NCBI RefSeq assembly: GCF_009834535.1
Contig: NC_045697.1
Location: 93,002,001-93,066,000, forward strand
DNA: 64,000 bases
Source: Camelus ferus
Taxonomy: Eukaryota
Reading direction: 5' to 3'
This document shows positions 53,501 through 64,000 of the stretch, piece after piece. A model generated the notes under the pieces. The model was not told the DNA's origin and did no database searches. It saw only the letters and a list, made by a program, of their open reading frames with translations. Made by a program: the position numbers and the translations under genes. The first letter of the stretch is position 1. The number at the start of each line of letters is the position of its first letter.

Positions 53501-53660
53501 CATGATATTGGTCTATGTTCAATCTCTCTTCTTTTCCTTAACTAAATTTCTTATTTCTTTTATCAATTTTAATGGTGCTTTAAAATTATTTTTAAATTAT
53601 TCTATACATTCTATAGCATGTATTTTCTATTTCATTAATTTCCACTCTCAACTTTATAGC
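50600..53660 (-). mobile_element. Highly decayed L1ME-type element (3' UTR plus ORF2), interrupted by an LTR
   Basis: Reverse L1 3'-end and ORF2 motifs, e.g. ACATTCTTGTACAT, GTTTTAATTTATGTTCCCCTGA, TAGCTACAGTTTCCAG...TGAATAGAAG...AGTGGCCAT. Confidence 0.7.
50895..51360 (+). mobile_element. MER54/MER74-family ERVL solo LTR
   Basis: CCCAGGGCTAGGTACCAGACCACCAGG...GCTGAAATTATTCAAAATAGCCAGTCC...GAGCTGTAAATAAC is a hallmark block of this family. Confidence 0.7.
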
Positions 53661-53707
53661 CTTAGGTCACTCTCTCACCTAGGTAAATAATACAGCCTCT
53701 TAAAGTT

Positions 53708-53751
53708 TCTCTCTCTCTCTCTCTCTCTTTCCTCTCTTTTCTCTCTCTCTC
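53708..53751 (+). repeat. (CT)n microsatellite, interrupted
   Basis: Seen directly. Confidence 0.9.
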
Positions 53752-56700
53752 CAAAATTTCTCATTTGCCTTCTTAAGTTCATCACCCACACTCATTTCAA
53801 AGTGCATTTTTAAATAAAAATTAATCATGCATGTCTTACTCTGTTCAAAATAATTTAATAGCTATTTACTGTTTGTTGAATCTTAGTATGAAACAGGGGA
53901 CTTTGAACTATGCCTTAACTGTCTGATACTCTGAGATAATTTTTGTTGCCCAGCTACTTAACATTGGTTACTTAACTCATCACTTAGTATTATTTTATAT
54001 GTTTCTTGTCTTTACGGGTCTGAAAACCACTTTATTCTGGCTTGGTCTAGTACATGTTCTATTAGTTTGAGTCCTAGTCTTCCCTTACTTCTTCAGACTG
54101 AAGGTATATCTTGTACCATGCCTTTGTAACGTTCTATGGATACATGTAAATTTAGTACTCATATACTGTGTTATAATTCTTGATTTTCTTGTCTGAATTT
54201 TCCACTGGGTGCTAAATTAAATCTATCTCTAACCCTAGCTTTTAACAAAGAGCCTGGGAGATAGGGCATGCCTCTAAATATGCTCAGTAACTTAATAAAT
54301 AAGTGCATCTCTCTAGAATTAGAATACAGAGGAAATACAGGCATTACATGTTTTATATGGCTTTTAAAACAGTGTGGAAATTACAGACTTTCTAATTGCT
54401 TTTTTGTAGGTTTAATTTTAAGTTAACTATTTCCTGAGGACATATAAAACTGTACTTTAATACACAGAGTACCCAATCCTTAAAATATAATGCTTTTGTA
54501 CATTTATGTATTTATTTCTATGAAAGATTTCACTTACTGGTAGAGTCCAGCCATACAGAGATTTTAAAATATCTTCCTCTTTATTGCTTATTTTAATTGT
54601 ATATATTCAAAAGAGGGCCTTATGATCTGTCAACTTCTTATGGTAAATACAGATCCCTAACTATACAGACATTGTGATTTATAATGAAGAGTTGATTATC
54701 CTGTTCAAAAGGCTCAATTCACCAGAGATTGATTATCTTGCAGCAAACTGATAAAAATAATTTGCTAGACTTAAAACTATAATGTGGATAATAGGAAACC
54801 ACAGTCACTGAAAATCCTAACCAAAATATACCTAAGGTTTTCAATAATAATTTCACTCACAAATCAGACTCTTGATTGACCAAGAACACAATAAAATACA
54901 ATATGAATTAGACTGATTCAATTTAGACATTTATTTACCATGAATTGTTTTTCTGGTTTATGTACACAAATATATGCATATATATATATATATTTTACTT
55001 GAAGATCTAAATCATCTTTTTTTTGTTTTGAATTACCACCCATATTTCAGATAAACACATCCAGGAATCAAGGTCTTTTTTGTTAACTGAAACTGCAATT
55101 ATGTCATTCTCAATTTTGTGCAAAAAGCTTCTTTTTAAGTGCATTGTCCTATTATCTACATGCTCCATTACAGACTGAATGTTATGTCCCATCACAACAG
55201 CAACCATAATTCATTCAACCTGCTTTTACTTTTTTTCATTATGAATAGCATGCATATTTTTCCCTTCTCACTCTCCATTTCATTTTTATTCCAATATTAT
55301 GACATTAAATAATCAATAATATTCTAGACTTAAATCAAAAGCTTTATTTTTAAAAGTAGGTTTTACAATGGCTCCTTTATTTTTGAATTTAATTCCATTT
55401 CTACTTTCTCTTATAATAAAAGACAGAGACAGAGAATAGATTATTGTTTATTAAAGACTTCAGTAATGGTGTTTAAAAAGTGCATAGATGTTAAAAATAA
55501 TATTAAAAAAATCAGAATATGCATTTCTGCTGTGTATCAGTACGCTACTGAAATCAAGATCCTTTGTCATTTTTTACCCTTATCTCAAAATGGTGTGGTT
55601 TCTTCCCCAACCAATTCTGGAAAAAAATGTTTGATGCCACCTCTCTCAGATCATATCATTTTATGTTTGCCCTACATTAATCATATAATCTCAAAAACTA
55701 AATATCTAGCTAGCTTCTCTACCCTATAGATAAATAGAATATTACTGTAATTTTGTTTTTTCTATTACTTCAAAGAAGACAGCTTAGATTAATAAATTAT
55801 AAATTAAACTAAAATCATTACTGGAACCATTTGGTAACAATACTTTGACGAGTTATCTACTCACACTTGGGTATCATATTAACTTATGTGAACCTCACCA
55901 TGGCCAAGGTTAGTTTAATATTTCAAAGTCCTAAAATGTCATTGTTAAGTTAAAGTATTTAAATGTTCCACTTGCTTTTATTAATATATTATATTTTATA
56001 TTTTACTGATTCATACTTTGATGTTGTTAGCAGAGTGTAATAGAAAGGTGTTGAACTTAGAAGTCAATGTTAATGCAAGGTTCTACTTACTAAGACTTTT
56101 TTTTTAAGGCAAGTCACTTTTATTGTTGTTGTTGTTTCTAGTGTAGAGCTTACTGATGTTTGTTTGTTTTACTGTAACAGTTGATTTAATATTTGGAGAT
56201 ACCAAGAACTTCAGGGATTCTTGTCTACATAGACAAATTGAACAAATGCCTCCTAAAAATCACCCAGAACCTACCGATCTAGGCTCAGCTAAGATACCCT
56301 CTAGGGTACCTGCATAATACAGAAGTCTAGTATTTAGCTTCCGCACATCTTAGTTTGCCTCAGTGTTAGAGTTTGGATTCTAAATCTGATATTGACATCC
56401 CCAACATCCTGAGAACATGAAATAGATTAAAGTGTAAGTGGCAGAATACAGAAATCTAGGAAATCAAAACATTAACAATCAAAATGAAAAAGAAAGTGTT
56501 TCTCAGGAGAGTTTTTTTTTCATTTTGTTAGTTTAGATAAATAAGGAATTGGAGAAATATATATGTAATGTCTGTGTATCAAGGAAGTGAATAAAATGAT
56601 AAAAGTAGTTAATACACATCCACTTTTGGGGGGAAAAAAGCATGCATTTTTAAGGTTTTAAAGTATTCGGGAACTCTTGGTTACCTTCCCTGCATGTGCC

Positions 56701-57559
56701 ACATAAGGATTTGTAAGACAGTCTAGGACTCCTGTAAAATCTCTCAGTCAACTTGACTTACTGAGCTATTGCTACGTCACTCCTCAGATATCATAATGGA
56801 TGCACAACTTCTCCAGGAGGCTCAGAGTAGACCAAGACTACACTGTGAGAAGTGAACCATAAGGGTTCTAGTGCTCTGAGATAACTCTAAACTTGTATGG
56901 GATTTCTACATTCTAACTTCTTTTAACATTCTGACTCTTAGCATCTACAAAGGATTTATTCTATCGTTCATCTCTCCCACTCTAAAGATTTTCCTGTCAC
57001 ATCTTTCTATCTCCCCTCCAGGTAGCCAGGAGAAAAAAATAAAAGCATCTCTTAAATTATTCTGCATTTTCTCTCCCAAGTTGCGTGTGATATAAGCACT
57101 AAGCAGAGTATATCTGACAATTAATATTTTAGATTTCAAAAATATTTCCCCTTTCAAAAAGCCTGGTTCTTTTCATGGAAAACTTTGACTTTAAATCTAT
57201 GATTTGCTTTTTAAAGAATCTGTCTAATTGGTTTCATCTTTTTCTGTCTAATTTGTGTCTTCTCTTAGTTGCAACAATAAAACTTAGACTCAAGGTCTAA
57301 TTTTAGAGATCAGGACACTACAAAGTAACAATTTAAAAAAAACCCTACAGATAAAAAGAAATCACTTTGAATAATAAATACATCATAAATATTCCAAGTA
57401 TTATCATGGGTAAAAAATTAGGATCGTGTAATTTCTTTGCATAATATCCAACACTGATTTTTCCTTACTTAGGAAAATAAAGTTAGTATTTCTTCAACTT
57501 GTATACAAATTCCTTAAGCTTTCTCTGATTCTCTGCTTCTCTCTTTAGGACTCTCTGTA

Positions 57560-58000
57560 GTCACCCTTTCCCTAATCCTCACTGATAGGTCTCATTCTCA
57601 AGACTGATAAAATTGTATACAGTTCCAGAAAACAGCAAGCTATTGCAAACGTTTGACTCTAACATTTGTATTTCCCTTCTTCCTAAACTATATCTACAAT
57701 CTTCCACACCATCCCAAGCTCTCTTTTCCATTAACACTTGTTCATCTTTGAAAACTCAAAGCCATTTTAATCTCTTCAGGAAAACCTTCACTACTTTCCC
57801 TAAATAAAATGGACTATTTTCCTTTTTATTCACAAATTATCATCTGCATATGTCTATTTTCAGTTAATAAAACATTTTGAATGTTCACATGCATAAATCC
57901 CTCTTCCAGGCAATAACTCTGAGGCTGGGAGAACATTCTATTTGGTATTGTAATAATAAGACAAAGCTTAACATAGGTATGCTACATACATATGTAAATG
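57560..58000 (+). mobile_element. L2 3' fragment, very degenerate
   Basis: TTCATCTTTGAAAACTCAA...TCTTCAGGAAAACCTTC...CTCTGAGGCTGGGAGA...CTTAACATAGGTATGCT. Confidence 0.45.
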
Positions 58001-59124
58001 TATGCTAAATTCAAAAGCTAAATGACGTCCCTTGATTACTAAGCTTTGTTGTTTTTTTTTTTAATTAAAGCTAGAAACATTTGCTAGAAAATTAGGGTTA
58101 TTATTTTATTATATATTTTAATATTAATTCACATGAAACTCAAGATGGTGATAAGAGTAAGTGAATATAGGAAAAGAAATCCACCACTAAATGGAATTAA
58201 TTTATTTAACTCTTTGATTGAATGTTAAAAATGCAACACCTATGGGATTTTTCTTAAAAGAAATGTAATTACTGATTATAATAGGAAAGATCAGAAGATG
58301 AGGGCGTATTTAATAATTGCATACAAATTGCTTCATTGTGTTCATGTTCTGAAAAGGTTTCTTAAGAATCTTAACATCACTGTATTTATTGTTCATTGAA
58401 AACTTCCTATACTTTCTTGGCCCAAAATGCAATATGTTATTTTTATAGAAAACTAATACCTGAGATTTCTGATAATCTCCAACTGGAGGCAAAACTATAA
58501 TTAGAAATATGTAGGCACAGTATCAAAGTACCTAGGCTTATATGGCTCAGAATTCTCAGATCTCCAAGGCATTATGGATTCTAATTACCTTCTCATTGTT
58601 CACTCTTCTTAATATGCACTCTCTATATCTCTTCTCCAACCCTTCTCTTCTTTTCCTCGTCTTTTTCTTTGTTTTTAGCCAGGCTTAAAATCCTTGTGGG
58701 AAAACTTTTAGGGGAATATAAAATGATAGGATGGACTCTGAAAATATCAAAAAGAAAGACTAAAAAGACCTGATGCCTGAAAGGTCAGCCTTGATTGTTG
58801 ACTGAAAATGAATCACGGTCAGGGATATTATCTCAGAACTATGTAATATTAAGTGTAAAAAACTAGCTACAAATGAATCAAGGAAATAAAAATAATGACG
58901 AAACTAGTTAGTATATATTTATTTTTGAAATTAAATTCTTATCTATATTGAGCCATCTAAATTAAGTGGTTGCTGTAAGAAAGCTGTTGTTTTTAGTGTA
59001 TTTAAATATTTTTTGTATTATTCAATCACTTTACCAAATTTTTTCTTCCATTTGCATGTTCAATATTAATGCTGCCCCGACTTTCCTTCATTCAATTTCC
59101 ATCGCTTTTTTAATTTTATATATC

Positions 59125-59644
59125 TGTTGACTGAAAAAATACACAACCTAAAAGCTGAGAATTGTGTTTTATTCAGCTGATTTTCTGAGGACTTCAAGCC
59201 CAGTAGGCAGCCTCTCAGATAACTCTGAGGGCCTGCTCCAAAGAGGTAAGGGAGGATCCAGGATATATAGGAGTTTTGCAACTAGGCAGTTGGAACATCA
59301 AAAGATTACTGTTAATTAAAGAAAATCGGGTATCTCAAGTTAATGAATTTATCACTTTTCTATGTATGGAAAGATTCAAGAGTCTGGACTCACTGGAATT
59401 ATTCCTTTGATATGCACCCTAGCTATCTAGGGCCAGTATCCTGTTCTTTCCCCTCCTGAGCCCCCTATGGGTGCACCACTGGGGGTGCCTGCAGTGGCTG
59501 AGGGCTTGGCAGCTGGCAGCCCCTTTGTCTCCATCCTGAGTTCCCTCGGGGCTCACTGCTGGGGGTGTCCGTAGTAGCCTGAAGGTTGCAGCATCCTTTG
59601 TTTGCTAATACAGCAGGCAATTGTTTAAAAACTTAAAACTAACA
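59125..59644 (-). mobile_element. Solo ERV1 LTR (MER34/MER39-related type)
   Basis: TGTTGACTGAAAAAATACACAACCTAAAAG...GTTTTATT...GCCTCTCAGATAACTCTGAG...GGATATATAGGAG. Its reverse complement resembles the 3' half of the LTR at 19331-19908. Confidence 0.8.
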
Positions 59645-60259
59645 TCACCAGCCATGTCAAGTAGCCCTTTGTCCTGAGGGTCTACCTGTGGAAGTGGGGT
59701 ACGTGACTTGTGAATACAGACAATATTTTCACAGTGCCATAAATTTGTGACCACTGCTTTGAAAAAATTAAAAAACTTTTCTTCATCATTTTAACTTAAT
59801 GTCACTAGGATGGACTGCTCCATGGGGAGAAGCTATAGCTCACAACTTTATTAAAAACTGATTCTCTAAAAATGTCCACAGATGAAAGTGACCACTTTTA
59901 TACCAACTTCAAGGCTTTAAATAGATACTCAGAAAGATTGTGAATGGCTTGGAAGGCTGACTGCAGGGTGTGGGAAAGTACCTTAAGAATGACAAAATGG
60001 AAGTGGAAATAAGGCATTTGGGAAAGAAAGAAAGTTTCCAGTTTCCTGCCGGTTCCTGTAATTCTCTATATAATGACTTTTTTGCATTGTCCTTCATTTC
60101 TATCTTCTTAGAGATTCTAGTCCATAAGGAGGTCTCACTCCTAAATTTTCTGAGCACATGCAGGTGGTATTTGAAAGAAGTGCATGCTCATCTCTCAGAA
60201 ATGACTTTCTTATATTTATCCATCATTTCAATTTTTAAAAACATAATGTGCTAATACAT

Positions 60260-60286
60260 TATATATATATATATATATATATATAT
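60260..60286 (+). repeat. (TA)n microsatellite
   Basis: Seen directly. Confidence 0.9.
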
Positions 60287-61885
60287 GGTATCTATACATA
60301 TATAAATCATTTATGTTTATATAGAGAATTCATACATGAAGGAAAATGGAGAACAAAAGAAGAGTTACATCATAACATTAATCTGTCACATATAAACGTA
60401 AGCATGTATGAAAAAAAGGCAGCATCTTTTCTGTGCCTAATGCAGCAGTAAGAATAGCTTATACAACAGACAGATATCATGCACGGGATCAGTGAAATGA
60501 CGTAAGAAGGAAAACAAAGCAGTTCTTAGGTTGTGACCCAACCTTTTGTATTTGCTCTAAGAGTCTTTCAATGTAAAATGTTCACCTCCAGTAGAATTGG
60601 TGATTTTATGTTCTGTTAAAAGTGATTTTAGCCACTGAATATGTTATCTAAGAAATAGGACTAGAAAAAAGGAAAAAGGGTTCCTAGCCTTATCCCTTCA
60701 ACAGGGTTTGTTGAGCTTGATTTATTTGCTCCCATTCCCATGGTTGCATCTGTTAAAAAGAAATGGTAGTTCGTGTCCAAAATTGTAATATGCTATTAGC
60801 ACTTGAGAAATACTAAACAAATAATAATTATAAATTTTTAATGCTACTAATGAGAACTACATGATATAAAGTTGTGGTTATTGTGTGTTACCCCTGAAAA
60901 TCCATGAATAACTTATCAGAATAATTTGTTTAGAAAAAATGTTTTTTGAAAGTAAACTTTCTATGATAGTGTTCAAAATAATCCTCCAGTAGATTGCTGG
61001 GTCTAAGAAATTCAAACGTATTTCTGTGCTTGGAATATTATAAGTGAAATGAGAGAAAAAAAAAAAAACCGTGACTCCCTTGAAAAGAGACACATTGACA
61101 TTGTTATTGGTTTACCTGAGGCCAAGAAAACCTGAATAAGTATTGTTGTATTTAAAGAATTTTAGAAATAAAATATTTATAAATTTTAATGCAGAACTCA
61201 CCAAATACTCATGTTTTAATTACAATAAATTTGTCATCACATGGTGCCACCTATTATGATTCTATGAATTGTTTATCTAACATTGGTCCACCTCCCTTCA
61301 TGGACTCTTTTTTTTCATCTGTAAGCAAACATTTATTTTGTAGGCAAGAATAACTTTGACAAAGATGAAGAAAGGTTTGAAACAACACGATGAGACACAT
61401 GTTATTAGAACATCTCATTGAACTCTTTCTTATATAACATCTTCATGCTTTAGATCATTATAAGAAGTTTCTCTCATAGGGTTAAAATAAAATTCTGAAG
61501 AACTTTCTGGAAAATTGTACCTAAAAAGTTGAATTATTGAGGGTAAATACACTTAGATAGAAATGAGGAAGTATTTTTTTTTCTCCAAAGAGTAGTTTAA
61601 AGAAAACAAAACCAAACAAACCTCTGCATATTTGTAAGAATCAGAAATATTATTCTTTTTATTCTGGAATTCCCTCATATGTCCAGATCCTTTCCTTGTT
61701 TAGCTCTAAACTTTATGAATAAGCTCCCATTCATAAAGGGCTTCTCCACTATTGCCATCACGGAATCCATCACTGTTTACTCCCAGAACTGGCCTAACTG
61801 GTGTTCACAAACTTCATGGGGGCCTATTCCTGTATTATGTCCATTTGTTTATTTTTTTAAGTTTGTTTATTTTTAAAGATAGTTA

Positions 61886-62052
61886 AATTTTTTTTTTTTT
61901 GCTTTTTTTCAGTTTTGTTTTTTTTTTCCTTTTAGGGATGTTGGTAATTAGGTTTATTTACTTATTTATTTTTAGAGAAGTTTCTGGGGATTGAACCCAG
62001 GACCTCATGCATGTGAAGCAAGCACTCTACCCCTTGAGCCATACCCTCTCCC
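61886..62052 (-). mobile_element. tRNA-derived SINE, camelid Vic-1-like
   Basis: Minus strand reads GGGAGAGGGTATGGCTCAAGGGGTAGAG...GAGGTCCTGGGTTCAATCCCCAG (Pol III A and B boxes), followed by AAATAAATAAGTAAATAAACCTAATTACC and an A-rich tail. Confidence 0.85.
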
Positions 62053-62237
62053 TGAGCTGAGTGTACTCTCCCCCCATTTCTTTAGATATAATAGTTTTTA
62101 CAGCCAATTTTAATGCAATAAAACAGCATTTATTCAGAAACTAGTTTTTATCAGAGTCCAGCAAGAAAAACACAATTATTAATGGCTATTTCAAACAGAA
62201 ACATGAAAGCTGTTTAAAAAGTGTTGACTAGAATTTC

Positions 62238-62330
62238 CGTGGTGATCATTTTGCACTGTATGTAAATATCATGTATACCTGAAACTAGTATAATGTTATA
62301 TACCAATTATATCTCAATAATAATAATAAT
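62238..62330 (+). mobile_element. Very short L1 3' end
   Basis: GTGGTGATCATTTTGCA...TGTATACCTGAAACTAGTATAATGTTATATACCAATTATATCTCAATAA plus (TAA)n tail. Confidence 0.8.
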
Positions 62331-63019
62331 AACTGTTGAAAGGAATGAATGAGCAAAAGGGAGCTAAGAGAAGTAAGGCAGGGAATAGGAGGAGTTAAGT
62401 CAAATTCAGAATCTTCGGTTCTGTGGATTAGTGTGCTCTCACTGAGAGTGTTGTAACTTCCAAGCAAGTACCTTCTCCTGGGGCTGGAACGTCGTAAGAG
62501 GCTTAGGAACATCAGAAACTGCTAGAGCCTTCTCATGGACCAAAGCCTCCCATCAGCATATCCCGATTCAAAGCCAGCCGGGAAATGTACTTAAAATATC
62601 GCAAGCTTCAGCAGCACTATGTGAAAAAAGATGCAAGTCATTAGGCTAAAAGACACTGAAAAATAACTTATATTCAATGTCTCTGAATAGCAAAGAGCTT
62701 CTTGCTTTTATGATTTTTGGAGCCTTCCTTCCAATTAAATAGCCAAAAAAAAAAATTACCCCAAATTATTCATAGAACACATTTTGTGTTTCTGAACCTT
62801 ATTATTAAAGGCTTATTCTGATTCAGAGATATGGCTTTGTTTTATGCTTTCCAGTGAAAACCGTCAGTGTCTTACACTATATATTCCATGCCCTGATAGG
62901 GACAGAAAAGATAACAATTTCCATTTAAGCTCTTTCAACCTAAAACCAGGTGCCTCCTGAATTTCCCTCCTCCCATGCATGCACCAAATATATAGCTACA
63001 CGTGGATCAATTCTCTGTA

Positions 63020-64000
63020 AGAGAAATACAGAAAATACTTAAATCACTCCTACACACTGGGCAACTGTGACAATAACTGCCTTGGCAGAGAGAGGAAAGA
63101 CTAAGATACAAGCTTCCCATAAACCCCACCCACACAGAGAACCTTACAATTAGGAGGGAGCCCCCACCTCTTAGCTTCCCCTTCTGAAGAGTAAAAGATT
63201 TGTACCACACAAATAAGACCCCAGCTTTTGCAGCTGCCATGCAAGGGACAGACCCCCAAATCACTAGCTCTGATAGCTAGTGGGGCTCGGCATTCAGGAG
63301 CCCCACAGGATCATTAAACCAAGAAAGCAGTTCCAAACACGTGCTCAAAGGAAAAACTTCTGGCAGTGTTCTTCCCCTTAGTGCAGGAGAAGCAAGTAAA
63401 AATACCCATCTTGTAGTTTCTCCCTGGAATGCATCCGAATGCGTATTTTCCCAGCCTGAGGTTCTAGCCTGTAATCAGTCTACATCTGGGAGATGACAGA
63501 TCCTCTCAGAAGCCAGATAAAGCAGGTAGCCACATCACCTTTTGTTTCTTCCCAGCTTTCTCCAATAGTAAAATTAAGTCTCTGGCCACTGCCTGGAGAC
63601 AGCTTGTCCACAAGTCTAGCAACCCAACTGTTAAATGTCAGACATCAGAAATGTTAAAGGGAGTTCTTCAAGAGGAATGGAAAGTACGTTAATAAGTAAC
63701 CTGAAAACATATGAAAGTATAAAACATACGGGCAAAAGGAAATATACAGATAAATTAAAAAATACTCTAATTTACAATGGTAGTGGGTAAGTAAATTATA
63801 ACACTAGCATAAAGGTTAGAAGGCCAAAGTATTAAGAATAACTGTAACTACAATAATTTGTTAATGGATATACAGTGTGAAAGTATGTAGATTGTGACAT
63901 TAAAAACATAAAGTGGGGGGCTGCAAAAATGTAGTTTGTGTGCGTGTTAAAAGTTGAGTTAGTTAAGTTGTTACTAACTTAAAAAACACTGTATAACTAT
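63020..64000 (+). mobile_element. Old L1 5' UTR and ORF1-end/inter-ORF fragments (runs off the window)
   Basis: GC-richer 5'UTR-like block to ~63630, then AGAAATGTTAAAGGGAGTTCTTCAAG...AAACATATGAAAGTATAAAAC...AATAACTGTAACTACAATAATTTGTTAATGGATATACA. Confidence 0.7.

Noticed and set aside
55007..55207. 66-aa ORF with protein-like composition (MVAVVMGHNIQSV...)
   Set aside because: No recognisable homology and no convincing splice or promoter context.
61985..62052. tRNA-like A and B boxes
   Set aside because: Head of a SINE with an A-rich tail, not a tRNA gene.
1..64000. Prokaryotic-type systems (CRISPR arrays, operons, rRNA) or an intact provirus
   Set aside because: The sequence is mammalian. 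I saw no repeat-spacer arrays, no long ORFs, and no paired identical LTRs with gag/pol/env.

Overview
AT-rich, CpG-poor mammalian genomic DNA, intergenic or deep-intronic. It is probably camelid, judging from a Vic-1-like tRNA-derived SINE at ~61.9-62.05 kb and cetartiodactyl-type L1 3' ends. I cannot identify any known protein-coding gene, and the ORF track consists of chance ORFs or decayed transposon frames. The window is dominated by transposable elements: about ten solo LTRs (ERV1, ERVL, MaLR; several with visible target-site duplications), L1 fragments including two 5'-inverted insertions, L2/MIR, two Tigger1 deletion derivatives, Tigger13a, MER58A and a Charlie-type fragment. Most notable are a decayed hAT/Ac-type transposase fossil (~20.5-21.2 kb), a MER41-like LTR retaining a GAS/STAT site, a nested 5'-inverted L1 with a twin-priming signature, a diverged ~150-bp local duplication carrying a micro-exon-like signal, and chains of short exon-like segments on both strands around a promoter-like patch at ~7.2-7.4 kb (hypothesis only). 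Repeat family names come from recalled consensus sequences, not from a database search.
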